DNA of 64,000 nt from assembly GCA_951406725.2 (NCBI GenBank), contig OX597819.1, forward strand, positions 118,606,001-118,670,000, in the 5' to 3' direction. The DNA is from Octopus vulgaris. Its lineage: Eukaryota. The translations under genes and the position numbers were made by a program. Positions within the stretch are counted from its first letter, which is position 1, and each line of letters starts with the position of its first letter. Positions 51,921-64,000 of the stretch are shown here, piece by piece. The notes under the pieces are model-generated. The model ran no database searches. It saw nothing but the letters and a program-made list of their open reading frames with translations, and was not told the origin of the DNA.

Positions 51921-52526
51921 TATTTCGAAAACTCACGTACACACTCCACATAATCCTACTTGATCTGTACTCTTAGCCTTTCTTTCTTTTCTTTCCCGTT
52001 CTCTTTCCTATTTTTTTTCACTTTTACTTCTGTTTTTATCATGATTTAGCACATTTATTTTCAAAGTTCTTTCGATTTTTATTTATTTCTTTTTATTTAT
52101 CCAGAAATAAGCGTTATTCTACGTCTCAATGTCGCAAAATTTAAGAGTGCAGCTTTTGATGCAAGTCTGATGAAATACCAGTCACGTGTTTAAAGCGCAA
52201 ATGTATAATGTTTTCACATGGAACATTTGCGTACAATGGCGTAAGAAGCAGAAAGCTCTCGAAACAAAATTTTAACTAGTCACTGCAGGAGCGATGCATT
52301 GTCTGTCTTATCAAAATTATACCTCACTTTTGGCGAATGTCGCATATTGTATTTCTCGGTATGACACATTGATTTTGTACACCAACAGATTTTCTAGAAT
52401 GCAATTAGACTTGGGCTTCAGCTGATTACTGCATTGGAAGTATTCCAACTTCAGTAAAATTATATGTGCATATACATACACAATCACACACGCACAGATA
52501 CACATATATATCTATCTATCTATCTA

Positions 52527-52565
<39 letters not shown>

Positions 52566-52667
52566 ATATATATACATATGAGAGCGATAGTATCAACAAG
52601 AATATAATAGCTATATACATATACATGTATATGCGTGTGTGTATGTGTGTATATATATATATCTATA

Positions 52668-53069
<402 letters not shown>

Positions 53070-53364
53070 TATTCATGACTATATACATCTCATATGGTAC
53101 TCATGCACAGCTGTAAATTCTCCAATACAAGAAAACCCAAATGTCTGGTGAATTTAACAATTCAAGGTATACGTATTATGTTGTCTGATACCTTACGTTT
53201 CTCGACATTCTTCGAAATGATATTTCCATATACTTGTCACACTTAGGGGGCTATCATGTAAACGCATTTTACTTGCATTTATTGCTGTCTTATTGTTTGA
53301 TATACTTAACCAAGTTCGTCTAACAGTCAGTACTCTTTGATATTTGCAGGGACTTCTCTCTTAC

Positions 53365-53455
<91 letters not shown>

Positions 53456-53902
53456 TATATATAGATACATAGATAGATATGTATATATGTATGTATGTAT
53501 AACAAGGGATGCTCACTTTCAATATCACAACTGGATGGCAGAGATATATATGTAAGGAAATTCACTGAGAGCACTAGTTAGGAGAAGTATTGCAAGAAAT
53601 GGGATTTGAATCAACTCATGCCCACAAGAAGCAATAAACTTCATGGCTGATATGGGAAGCAAAGCCCCTTCAAGGGAACATGCTTCCCTTGTTTAATTGA
53701 AATATGAATTAAAACAACGCATATCCACAAAAAACACTTACCTTAGTTATTGATAAAGGAGGCACACTCCCTCGAATGTTTTTACATTCCTCGTATGTCA
53801 TTAAGATAAATGCTTCTCACGGCTATGAATTGTTTTAACTCTTATTTCTAGCAATACTGGTGTTGAGGACAGCTCTCAGTCAATTTAGTGCCATGCATTC
53901 AT

Positions 53903-53967
<65 letters not shown>

Positions 53968-53976
53968 GGGACCTAC

Positions 53977-54109
<133 letters not shown>

Positions 54110-54132
54110 ATATGTGTGTGTGTGTGTGTGTG

Positions 54133-54445
54133 TGTGGCGCAATTGCCCAATGGTTAGGACAGCGGACTCGTGTTCGTAGGATCGCGGTTTCGATTCCCGG
54201 ACCTGGCGTTCTGAGTGTTTATTGAGGAAAAGTACCTAAAGTTCCACGAGACACCGTCAGGGAGTGGTGGCGAATCCTGCTGTACAGTTTCAACACAACT
54301 TTCTTCCAGTTTCTGTTGTACCTCTATTTCAAAGGGCCAGTCTTGTCACAGTCTGTGTCACGTTGACGGTTACACGTTATGGTCACACGTATCTGTGGAG
54401 TGCTCAGCCACTTGCACGTTAATTTCAAGAGCAGGCTGTTTCATT
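54133..54445 (+). mobile_element. SINE family B, tail type 1, 3'-truncated
   Basis: GGCGCAATTGCCCAATGGTTAGGACAGCGGACTCG...GAGTGCTCAGCCACTTGCACGTTAATTTCAAGAGCAGGCTGTT. Confidence 0.88.
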
Positions 54446-56259
54446 GCACATATATATAAATATATATATATTTATATATTTAATAATGCATGCAAAAGAA
54501 AATGTGTAATGTATCAATGCACAGTAACAATTCCAGATAAGAAATATTTTTATATTAGGGATACGGAAAATTAAATAAAACAAACACATCTCTACGCACT
54601 TGTAGACTTTTAGAAACAAACATAAATCCAATTGAACTGAATTAAGTAAATTTATCTAAGAGTTAAATTTTAATATAAATTTTAATATTAAATGAAATAT
54701 GATAGCTTCAGCACCTTCTTAAAAAATTAATAATAAAAAATGTTTTCTAGGTTTAAATGAAAATATTTTATTTTCTCGGCAATTTTCTGTGTATTTAACC
54801 TTAGACATGAAAGAGACATGTGTACACATGGGAATATATGTATTTTCGAAACACAAATAAATAGATAAAAAGTGTGTAAATAACTTTTTCCCAACTATAT
54901 TTGCACATATTAATCCGTAACACATGCTATCACTTTTATCTACTTAATTTTTGATAAATTTGATATTTGATATTTTAAATATAGATTTATATTTATAATT
55001 ATTTTCCTTATTTTCTTCTTATACGTATTTTATATTTTTACATTTTTACATTTCTTAATTGATTCACAAATAACAGTAATTATTAATTTAATTAAATATT
55101 GCTAATTTATATTCCCCCATTACATATAATTGATATAAATAATACTAAATTGTAAATGCTTCTACACATTTTAGACTCACTATTAATATTTAACTTTCTC
55201 TCATCCAATAATGTGTTACATTACCTAATATTATTTACCAACCTATTTTAATTAATTATTAAACTAATATATATATATTTCTAACATTTATATATTATAA
55301 AAATCTTATATATATTTTTAACTATAATGATTGTTTTCAATCTATTTTCTAATATTCCCTAGAAAACTTAACTACCCATATTTACCTCTCCTTGGCCACT
55401 ATTTCTTTTGCTCACACGAGCATGTCACCGCCTAAACCAAAAATATATTTAATAATTTACTTCCATATAAGGGATTTTCCTTGTTCTCTTATTTATAAAT
55501 GCAACATATTAAATCACTTTTATTTTATTTATTTCTTCTTTCATTATATCATAAATTGCAGAACAGGGCATTTTATGCTTTAAATTTTAAAATAACTATT
55601 AGATTTATTTTCTTTGACATAAGAAACTCTTCCCTGCTTCCTTATTTATTTCATATATTTCCGTCAACTATACTTATAAAAACGAAACGCTACTTATTTT
55701 TAACTCTGTTTATCTTATGTGATTAATACAAAGTAGATTTAGGAGTGTCAGTTTTTTTACAAAAATGAAGAAGTATGTATAATAAATAAATCTTTATTTC
55801 TATATATTTCTTACTATTTTAATTGTATCTTATTTTCAATGAACCCTATATGAACACAAGTATTATTTTGTGTTTGAATATAAGTTGTATCATATTGTAC
55901 AAATATATATTTATAGATTTTTTTGCATGCGATTTTTATAGATATTTACATGCATGTAATTAACCATAAAAATCGCATGCAAATATAATCATTAATTTAT
56001 TTATCTCTATTTCCTTTTTTCGTATCATTTATGTATATAAATATATATGCATATGTATAAATATATACATATATATACACATCTATATATACATATATAT
56101 ATATGTATATGCTTATGCATATATATGTATATATGTGGGTGTGTGTGTGTGTGTGAGGGTATATATATATATATATATATATATATTATGTATAATAATA
56201 TCAGTGTTTTAACATACGTAAAAAAATCTCACAATTTTAAAAATTATCAATTAATGATT

Positions 56260-56540
56260 AAGGGTATTAGTCAGAATGACGAAATCACAAACCGTCAATT
56301 ATAAGCAAATTTGAAAGCGTGCAAATAAATAACAAATTCTAATTCCTGAACCAATAACGAAAATAGCCAAAAATTGAAAATGTCAGACCGTATCACCACG
56401 ATTTCGAACTTTGAGAAATACTCTTTCTTCATCTTCGGCGAGGCTCACTGACCGCAGGCTTATAGAGTTTCTGCAACGAATGTGTTCAGTGGTCGTTTTT
56501 GATGTCGCAGCAAAGTTTAAAATTGTGCTCGAAGTGAATA
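56260..56540. mobile_element. Partial copy of the foldback element, inverted relative to 58545-58860
   Basis: aaaattgaaaa..cagaccgtatcac..ttcatcttc..actgacc.cagg..cgcagcaaa.tttaa matches the reverse complement of 58545-58830. Confidence 0.65.
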
Positions 56541-57046
56541 AAAATTATTTAAATATATATGAGAATATAATTGTTTAAAATAATATCAGTGGTTTAGCAT
56601 GCCTGGAAAAACCCATAAAAATTATTAATTAATAAGTAAGGATTCTAACAGGCAGTACCAGTGTAAATATTTCAAGTTACACTCCTATTTCAGGCTACCT
56701 CCCGCTATTCTGCAATCGATTTCAAATTACCTGAATTGGGGTAACCTGAATACGATTTCAAATTATCCCGCGCTGTTCACATTACCCCCTCAATGGTTTT
56801 GGTAAAATATAAAAAAACTGAAGACTTACTGGTCTTGATATTTTTATAACATTAAGCACGGATTACATTTCATGATTGTAAATTAAACTTAAGATATGAA
56901 AATACGACAAAATATTAGAATTTTTAAAACAGTTTTATGATGTGCTGAAAAAAAAGTAACATGTCGCAAATCGATTTTGCATTTTTTGTAACTAAAAAAA
57001 AAATCATTTTTTGGTTATGAGAATGTGATTTGTATCAAAATACGTT

Positions 57047-57400
57047 TTTAGTGCCAAGGACTCCAAATTTACCATCAAGATGTAGGACAAGATACTGCGA
57101 TAGCCTGGGCTTCAGAGGTCCACAGCTCTTCAATATTCTCCCGAAGGACCTGAGAGACCTGCATGGGATGGATGCGGATGTCGTAAAAATAAAGCTGGAC
57201 CTCTTTATGTCAGGTGTCCCAGATGAACCAACTTCACGGCAGGAGGTGCAGATGAGGGCAGCTGCATCAAACTCTCTCATGCACCAAATGTCAATTGCTA
57301 AAAAGCATTCATGAAGTAAAATCACGTAGCAACACCCAATGGCGGGGCCACAGCATGGCCACAGCCCGTGAGCTGACACTAGATGAAAATGAAATGTAAA
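57047..57400 (+). mobile_element. CR1-like LINE 3' end nested in the Ginger-like element
   Basis: LVPRTPNLPSRCRTRYCDSLGFRGPQLFNILPKDLRDLHG...KLDLFMSGVPDEPTSRQEVQMRAAASNSL; 3' UTR stem and (ATGAAA)n-like tail. Confidence 0.92.
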
Positions 57401-58124
57401 TATGTAGCAGATGGATTTTTCTTACAGTGAACTGAGTTGAGTTGACTGAATGTAACGATAACAGATTGATTTTTAGAACGTTATGCATTTTAGATACAAA
57501 CCGATATTTATATATACAGCTTAAATTGGTAACGAAATGTATTTGTGTATATTAAAACATCATTGCAGGCTGTATTTTTTACGCTTGGAGCTTGGACATT
57601 TTGACTTTCGTAATTGGTTTTACGTTTTTTAATTGCTGGCAGTTGCTTTGTATATCGAGTGAGGTTGGTGGCATTTACTTTCTTTTCTAGTACTTTATTG
57701 TCATTTGAAAGTCGATTGGTATTTTTGCTCCAACTTCTACAACAGTGTGAAGACCTGTGCGGCGTTCCGTAAAATGTCCTTCCTTTCTGTTCTCTCTAAT
57801 CGGGTTGTTGAGCAGAACCTTTTTTCCAATACTGAACTGATGTTGCTCATGTTTTCTATCGTATAGTTCCTTTAGAACGGACGGTGCTATTCTAATATAC
57901 AAACAATACCCATTCTAGATATGCTTCTTTCAAATTTCTTCAAATTTAAGTAACTAAAGGAAACCTCTGAGTGTCTTTTACATTTAGAAATGTACATGAT
58001 GTAGGCGCACACGTAATAACCAACAACACATACACTTCATGGGTTGATCCATTATCTTCCTTGATGCAAGCTTGTATTAGTAATGATATTTTTGGTAACT
58101 GTATTTGGAAGTTACAGAATGAAT

Positions 58125-58240
58125 ATGATGATGATGATGATGATGAAGATGATGATGATTATGATGATGATGATGATGATGATGAGGAGGAGGATGATGA
58201 GGATGATGATGATGATGATGATGATAAAGATAATAATGAT
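58125..58240. repeat. (GAT)n microsatellite
   Basis: Direct reading. Confidence 0.95.
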
Positions 58241-59038
58241 TCCCCTATTTGCTACGACGTTGACGAACAATTGTGGAAGGATTTTTGGTGGGGTAATCTG
58301 AAATCGTAGGGGGTAAATTAAAATCGATTTCAAATTACACCCGGGGTTAATCGGAAAGCGATTTCAAATTGAGCAGGGAGTAATCTGAATGTTGTGTAAT
58401 CTGAAATCGCTATAGCAGACAAAATGACCAAGCCACAAGTTTTCAATTAAGAACAAAGGTGAAAGTGTGCAAATGATTATAAATCCTAAGACCCCATACC
58501 AACGAGGAAAGTAATTGAAAATTGAAAACTCAGACATACGGGTATCACTTCAATCACCTTAAATTTGCTGCGGCATTAAGGAAGGTTATTATACACATTG
58601 GTTGAAATAAATGAGGTCTCTAACCCTGGGGTCAGTAAGACACGCAGAAGATGAACTAAGAGTTTTTTCCGCATCTTTCGAAGTCACAGTGATACGGGCC
58701 TGTCTGTGTTTTTCAATTTTCGATTCTTTTCGTCACTGATACGAGGTTATAAGATTTTCAATCATTTGCCCGCTTTCACCTGTGTGTTTACGTGAAAACG
58801 TATTGTCTGTTCATTTTCACTACTATATTTAGCATGCCGGTACTCCCTGTTAGAACCCCTAATAATTAATACAGACACACACTTGCACGCCCACACTCAC
58901 ACGTATTTATATATATATATAATAATAATAATTAGTATTTATATTAGGGAAGCTATTTCCGAGTCCACAGGGGAGAGAAGTTCAATTTAGTGGCACTAAA
59001 ATGAATTACTCACTGTATTATATACAGATATATATAGA

Positions 59039-59290
59039 TAGGTTTAAGAGACAGAATCAACCTCAAGCAACTCAATCATCATTGAATGACATTATCGACA
59101 ATAGGCACATATAGGACTAAATATTATTATTATGAAAATTAATACCTACAATTCTTATTCCCAATTATCAAAATTAATAGCCTCAATTCTTGAAGGTATT
59201 AATCTTAATAATTTTAATATTTAGTCCTATATTATGGATAATGTCATTCAATGATGATTGAGTTGCTTGAGGGGGACTCTGTCTCTTAAA

Positions 59291-59294
<4 letters not shown>
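59039..59294. mobile_element. MITE-like foldback (~110-bp arms) in (TA)n
   Basis: taggtttaagagacagaatcaacctcaagcaactcaatcatcattgaatgacattatc is inverted, with 3 mismatches, against gataatgtcattcaatgatgattgagttgcttgagggggactctgtctcttaaaccta. Confidence 0.85.
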
Positions 59295-59354
<60 letters not shown>

Positions 59355-59357
<3 letters not shown>

Positions 59358-59500
59358 GGAGAATTCACAAAAAAAAAACAATAACAAAAGACGAAGACAG
59401 GTGGTTTAGAGAACAAACAGATGTATTTCTTTAACACTCGGGAAGTGAAAAACGAAAAAGTATTTAAAGTTTCGATTCTAAGCTTAAGAAGCAGGTAGCG
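59355..59500 (-). mobile_element. Penelope-like terminal fragment (family of 7631-7810), HHR decayed
   Basis: gaattcacaaaaa..aagacgaagacaggtggt..aacaaacagatgtatt..ctcgggaagtgaaaa shared with 7631-7720. Confidence 0.7.
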
Positions 59501-59773
59501 GTCAGAATTTTGCGTAATTCTTTATTATTACTCTCTCTTGTTCAGTCGATTTCTTCAAGTTATCTTGAAGATTTCAAATGAAAGGACGAGACCGCAAGCA
59601 AGAAGATTATCCACCATTTTCACTGCTTCCTCTTAACATACAATATATGTAAACCACTTCAAGCACTCTATACGTATATACGTGTGTGCGTATGCATGTA
59701 TGAATGTGTGTATGCATGTATGTGTGGGTGAGTGTCTGTGTGCCTCTATATATACTCAGCGGCATAAAATATA

Positions 59774-60005
59774 TATTTCTATACTATCCACAAGGGGCTA
59801 AACATAGAGGGGAAAAACAAGGACAGACGAAGGGATTAAGTCGATTACATTGATTCCAGTGCGTAACTGGTACTTAATTTATCGACCCCGAAAGGATGAA
59901 AGGCAAAGTCGACCTCGGCGGAATTTGAACTCGGAACGTAACGGCAGACGAATTACGGTTACGCATTTCGTCCGGTGTGCTAACGTTTCTGCCAGCTCGC
60001 CGCCT
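59774..60005 (-). mobile_element. SINE family C, full length
   Basis: Head AAGGCGGCGAGCTGGCAGAAACGTTAGCAC, B box GAGTTCAAATTCC, central domain and tail as in 33768-33952; imperfect TSD tcagcgg..taaaata. Confidence 0.9.
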
Positions 60006-60396
60006 TCAGCGGAAATAAAATAAATATGAGATAGAGAAACAAGGGTTAGTATTTGATAAACAAAAGAAAACATAAACAAATTTCTATGAAATGTAAGAAA
60101 GGGACTATATCTTCTTAATTTGATAATTTGCATCTACAATATAGGAAAATCTCCACATAGTAAACCATTTGATTTCAGAATCGCTTATTTGTTCAGATAT
60201 TATACTTTAGTCAGTTGTGAGTGAAAGCATCATATAAATTGCGAATTCTATGACAAGATATATGTTCCTAAGTTCTAGTGATTTACATTGCATGCGTAAG
60301 AAATGCAGTAGTATATCTAAACCGGAGCGAGAGTAGTTATATATATATATATATGCACAATTCTCATTCACTCTCATTTTCTCTTATATATATATG

Positions 60397-60448
<52 letters not shown>

Positions 60449-60517
60449 GATATATATATATATATATAGATATAAATATATATATATACATACACACACC
60501 TATATATATATATATAT

Positions 60518-60618
<101 letters not shown>

Positions 60619-60679
60619 TGATATATATACATACATATATATATATAAACAGAAAGAGAAAATGAGAGTGAATGAGAAT

Positions 60680-60738
<59 letters not shown>

Positions 60739-61589
60739 ATGTGTGTGTGTATGGGCGCTTGCGTTTGTACGTGTGTGTGTGTGTATAACTTAACTGCATT
60801 GGCTGTGAAAAATCTCATTTAATGCATCATGACATTTGTTACATAAACCAATACATGACATTATTAAATTTTCTGCTTATGTTCTAAGGTAGAAAATTCT
60901 GGAGGGAAACGAATGTTAAGACAAGCAATATATCTCGTTCACACTCACGCTCTTTCCAACTCTCAGTTTATACAGAAACACGTATTTGCATAAATTCAGA
61001 CATATTCAAGTGGACGCACACACAAACATACACATATAGAAGCGCGCCCACACACGTATATGTGTATTGCGTACAGATATGCATACATACATATGCATGT
61101 ATGTATGTATATGAGTGTGTGTAGTTTATATATGGATGTTTTTGTGTAAGAATATATTTGTATATTCATATCTGTCATAAGTATATAAAGAGTCAGCGGG
61201 GCATAGCCTTATAATGTGAAGGAGATATATTTCCGCTCCTAACTTTGATATCCCTCCCAAATTATCTTTAGTACTTTACCACACGCACCGCATTTAATAA
61301 TGTCATGTATTGAAATTATGTGCCAAATGTCACTATGCATTGAACGATACTTTCTTCAATTTATGCAATGAAATTATCTTTTCTAAAATAATAATTCCTT
61401 GACATAATAGTGTTTGTTCTGAAACCTTACAGAACAAAGTCATGATATTTGATATTTTATTAATAAATATAATATGACATCCTTAAATCGCTTTTAAAAT
61501 TCATCAATATTTAAACAGTGTGATCAACATATTCGCTTCGTAAATCTTAACACATCTGCTTTACAGCTTAATGTAAATGCATGATAAGG

Positions 61590-61760
61590 TGTTGCGCTGG
61601 CAGTATTCCCTCCGTTTTTATGTTCTGAGTTCAAATTTCGTCAAGGTTGATTTTGACTTGCATAATTTCGGTCTCGATAAAATGTGTAGCAGTTGAACAT
61701 TTGGATTGATGTTATTGACCCTCGAAATTTCTGGCCTAGTGCCGAAATCTAAAACCGATA
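61590..61760 (+). mobile_element. SINE family C, decayed
   Basis: tgttctgagttcaaatttcgtcaaggttgattttgacttgcataatttcggtctcgataaaatg. Confidence 0.7.
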
Positions 61761-62434
61761 AAATATATGATTTACACAGAACCAAATCAAATTCATACTG
61801 GTTATTTATAGTATTACTTGGCAGGAAAACTGATGTTACGTATATAGGATATATTTGTATTATGTATGAGGATATGCATTATAGCACAAACGATAGGAAG
61901 TTTATAGCCTTGAATTCATCTCAGCATAATTTTCGTTTATAAGAGCTGACTTGAATCGGACTAAAACAACTACAATGCTCTTTGCTAGCTTTCATATATT
62001 GACATGTTATCATGTTCGTAAGTTGCCACGAACCGTAGCATTGAAAGTTTCAACCAAATAACAAAGTGTATGATTCATATGAAATCTCCGTAATTAGTGT
62101 ACACTGAACTATTACCATACATTCGAATGCTCATTTGGATTTACCTGCAAAAAAGTACAAACAAAACAACACCTATACATAAAGCGATAACATCATAGGC
62201 GAAAACTGAGTACAAATCTCCGCTGAAATAGTATGACTTCTAAAAGGTTTCCTTCACAACCCCATTGTTCCAGATGCATTCCTTTTGCGTAGCACATGAC
62301 ACAAATATATTTCAGAAACTGTGAGCAGATTTCGTCGACAGAAACTAAAAACATTTCCGTCATATACACACGCGCCAGCACGAAGACGTTCCTGGTTGTA
62401 AGAATATCGCGAAAGATTGGAGCCGTTATCAATA

Positions 62435-63611
62435 AGGGGGGGGGTTAAGAAACTCTTTAGGAGAAGATATGCAATAAATCATGATGGTATGCAATACATC
62501 ATTCTCATTTTTGCAGATTGAAAGCATAATACAACTCCTACAGTGGATCAGGCAAAACTGAAATACGAGTGATCATGAAGTTCCCAACTGTGCATAGTAA
62601 ATGCGCGCCGGAAATGTAAGGCGAGATGAAGTAAGTGCTGAAGTATGACTTCTCATTTTAGCTAAGTGTCAAGGTTTCGGACTGGTCATTTCAAGGTCAG
62701 ACATGATTCTCAGTCAGAGCAGTAAGCTTATGCGATTACAGAGGACAAAGCCGATGTTGTACACTTCATGATTCTGGAGGACCGCCGGAATTCAGTTAAA
62801 GTCATAGCTCACACTCTGGGAATTTCCTGGGAAAGGGTTGGTTGCATCATCTATAAAACTCCAGACATGAGAAAGCTTTCCACAAGCTTTCCACAAAAGG
62901 GTTCCGAACGCAGATCACTCGCGCATCAGAATGACGATATCAAAGGCGATTATTGTCCGGTTTACTGCAGGAGAGGCTATATTTATGACTCGTTTAATTA
63001 TAATAGATGTAAGTTGGCTTCAACATTATGATCTCCAGACCAAACAGCTATCAATGGATGCCGCAGCAGCTCACCATGTACCAAGAATTTTCGGGCCCCG
63101 ACGTCAACTGGAAAGATTCTGGCTTCACTGATTTAGGACTAAAAGAAAGTACTCCTCATAAAATACCTGCCAAAGAGTTGCACTATCAACGCAAAATGCT
63201 ACATTAAACTTGGAAGTGGAAAATATGTGAAACGTTGATGAGTTTTGTCCTGTTTTGCCGGGCAATGCACCACCACAGAAAGCACGTGACACTCTACAGA
63301 AATTATGCAATGTTGGCTTCGACTAGTTAGATCATCCAACTTACTCTCTTGATTTGGCCCACTCAGACCATCATCCATTTCCACAATACTCAAGAGAAGG
63401 AATTTCATTCCGATTCGGAAGTGATCGCTGCTACAGAGGCCTAGTTGGTGGTTCAACTTTCTGAGGTCTTTTTACAGGGCCTCGAAAAACTGATGGGTCG
63501 CTGCAATAAATGTGTGAATAAGAGAGGGGAATATGTCGAATAAAATCATAATTAACTAATCTTCCTATATTTCTTTTCACCCACATCCAGGAAATTTTCA
63601 ACGCGCTCACG
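62435..63611 (+). mobile_element. Mariner transposon, near full length, pseudogenised
   Basis: TA-flanked with decayed TIRs; MILEDRRNSVKVIAHTLGISWERV..MRKLS, WLQHYDLQTKQLS, NAPPQ, HPTYSLDLAHSD and KCVNKRGEYVE*. Confidence 0.9.
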
Positions 63612-63669
63612 TATGTATAAATGTACGTGTGTGTGTGTGTGTGTGTGCATGTGTGTTTGTGTCTGTGTG

Positions 63670-63900
63670 TGTGTTTGTGTTTGTGGCTCTGTCTGTATCC
63701 TTCATCACTGCTTGGCACTCGGTTTTGCTATTATTGCGCCCCAGTAACATTATGATTTAACAAAAGAAAGTGATAGAATAATTATAAGCCCTTAAAGCAA
63801 AATCATGTATTGGTTTTAATTCGTTTGACTAAAATGCTTCAAAATATAGTGCTCCAGGATGTTCTGAGGGCAATGCTTGGAAGAAGCAAAAGAAAAGCGG
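63670..63900 (+). mobile_element. SINE family A, decayed 3' half
   Basis: cactgcttggcactcgg..aaaagaaagtgatagaata..ttcgtttgactaaaa..gtgctccagga. Confidence 0.6.
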
Positions 63901-64000
63901 TAAGTAAATACAATAAATAGAATTATTCACATTCACACTGCGCGCACAGCACTTATGCATACATACATACATTCATATATATATATATATATATATATAT

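Larger units (their letters stand above)
56662..58417 (-). mobile_element. Ginger-like (Gypsy-integrase-related) DNA transposon remnant with ~130-bp repetitive TIRs
   Basis: Starts TGT after ccag; TIRs built of GATTTCA(G/A)ATTAC repeats; ORF 57687-57902 KELYDRKH..FSIGKKVLLNN..RENRKEGHFTERRTGLHTVVEV resembles the integrase C-terminal GPY/F domain. Confidence 0.65.
56637..58862. mobile_element. Non-autonomous foldback DNA element with long TIRs, left TIR interrupted by a Ginger-like element
   Basis: Termini taaggattctaacaggcagtaccag and ccggtactccctgttagaaccccta are inverted; 58420-58545 is inverted against 58690-58820. Confidence 0.7.

Noticed and set aside
52398-52439. NAIRLGLQLITALE, resembling a TTBK/CK1 kinase helix
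   Set aside because: 14 codons, weak donor, no other kinase motifs in the window.

Overview
AT-rich eukaryotic (animal) DNA with no intact protein-coding gene. Nearly all ORFs in the supplied track are translations of (TA)n, (CA)n, (TATG)n, (TCTA)n, (ACT)n, (ATT)n or (GAT)n microsatellites. The dense (TA)n tracts, tRNA-headed SINEs with internal microsatellites, and CR1-, R4/Dong-, RTE- and Penelope-type retroelements suggest an octopus (coleoid cephalopod) genome, probably a large intron or intergenic region; this is an inference. Supported content: three modular SINE families (several with TSDs), four CR1-like LINE 3' fragments, several R4/Dong-like and RTE fragments, a Gypsy integrase remnant, a dead Tc1, two dead mariners, a deleted piggyBac inserted at TTAA inside a SINE, a Ginger-like element nested in a foldback element, and a Penelope-like GIY-YIG fragment. 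The main signal is a cluster of minimal type I hammerhead ribozyme (HHR) motifs, five with clear folds, one weaker and several decayed. Two of them sit in a 447-bp tandem array (29617-30709) with the architecture of a non-LTR retrozyme that could yield a circular RNA. A phase-compatible chain of small plus-strand exons, including 13- and 19-nt microexons, may belong to an unidentified host gene, but this is low confidence. Boundaries of decayed elements are approximate.
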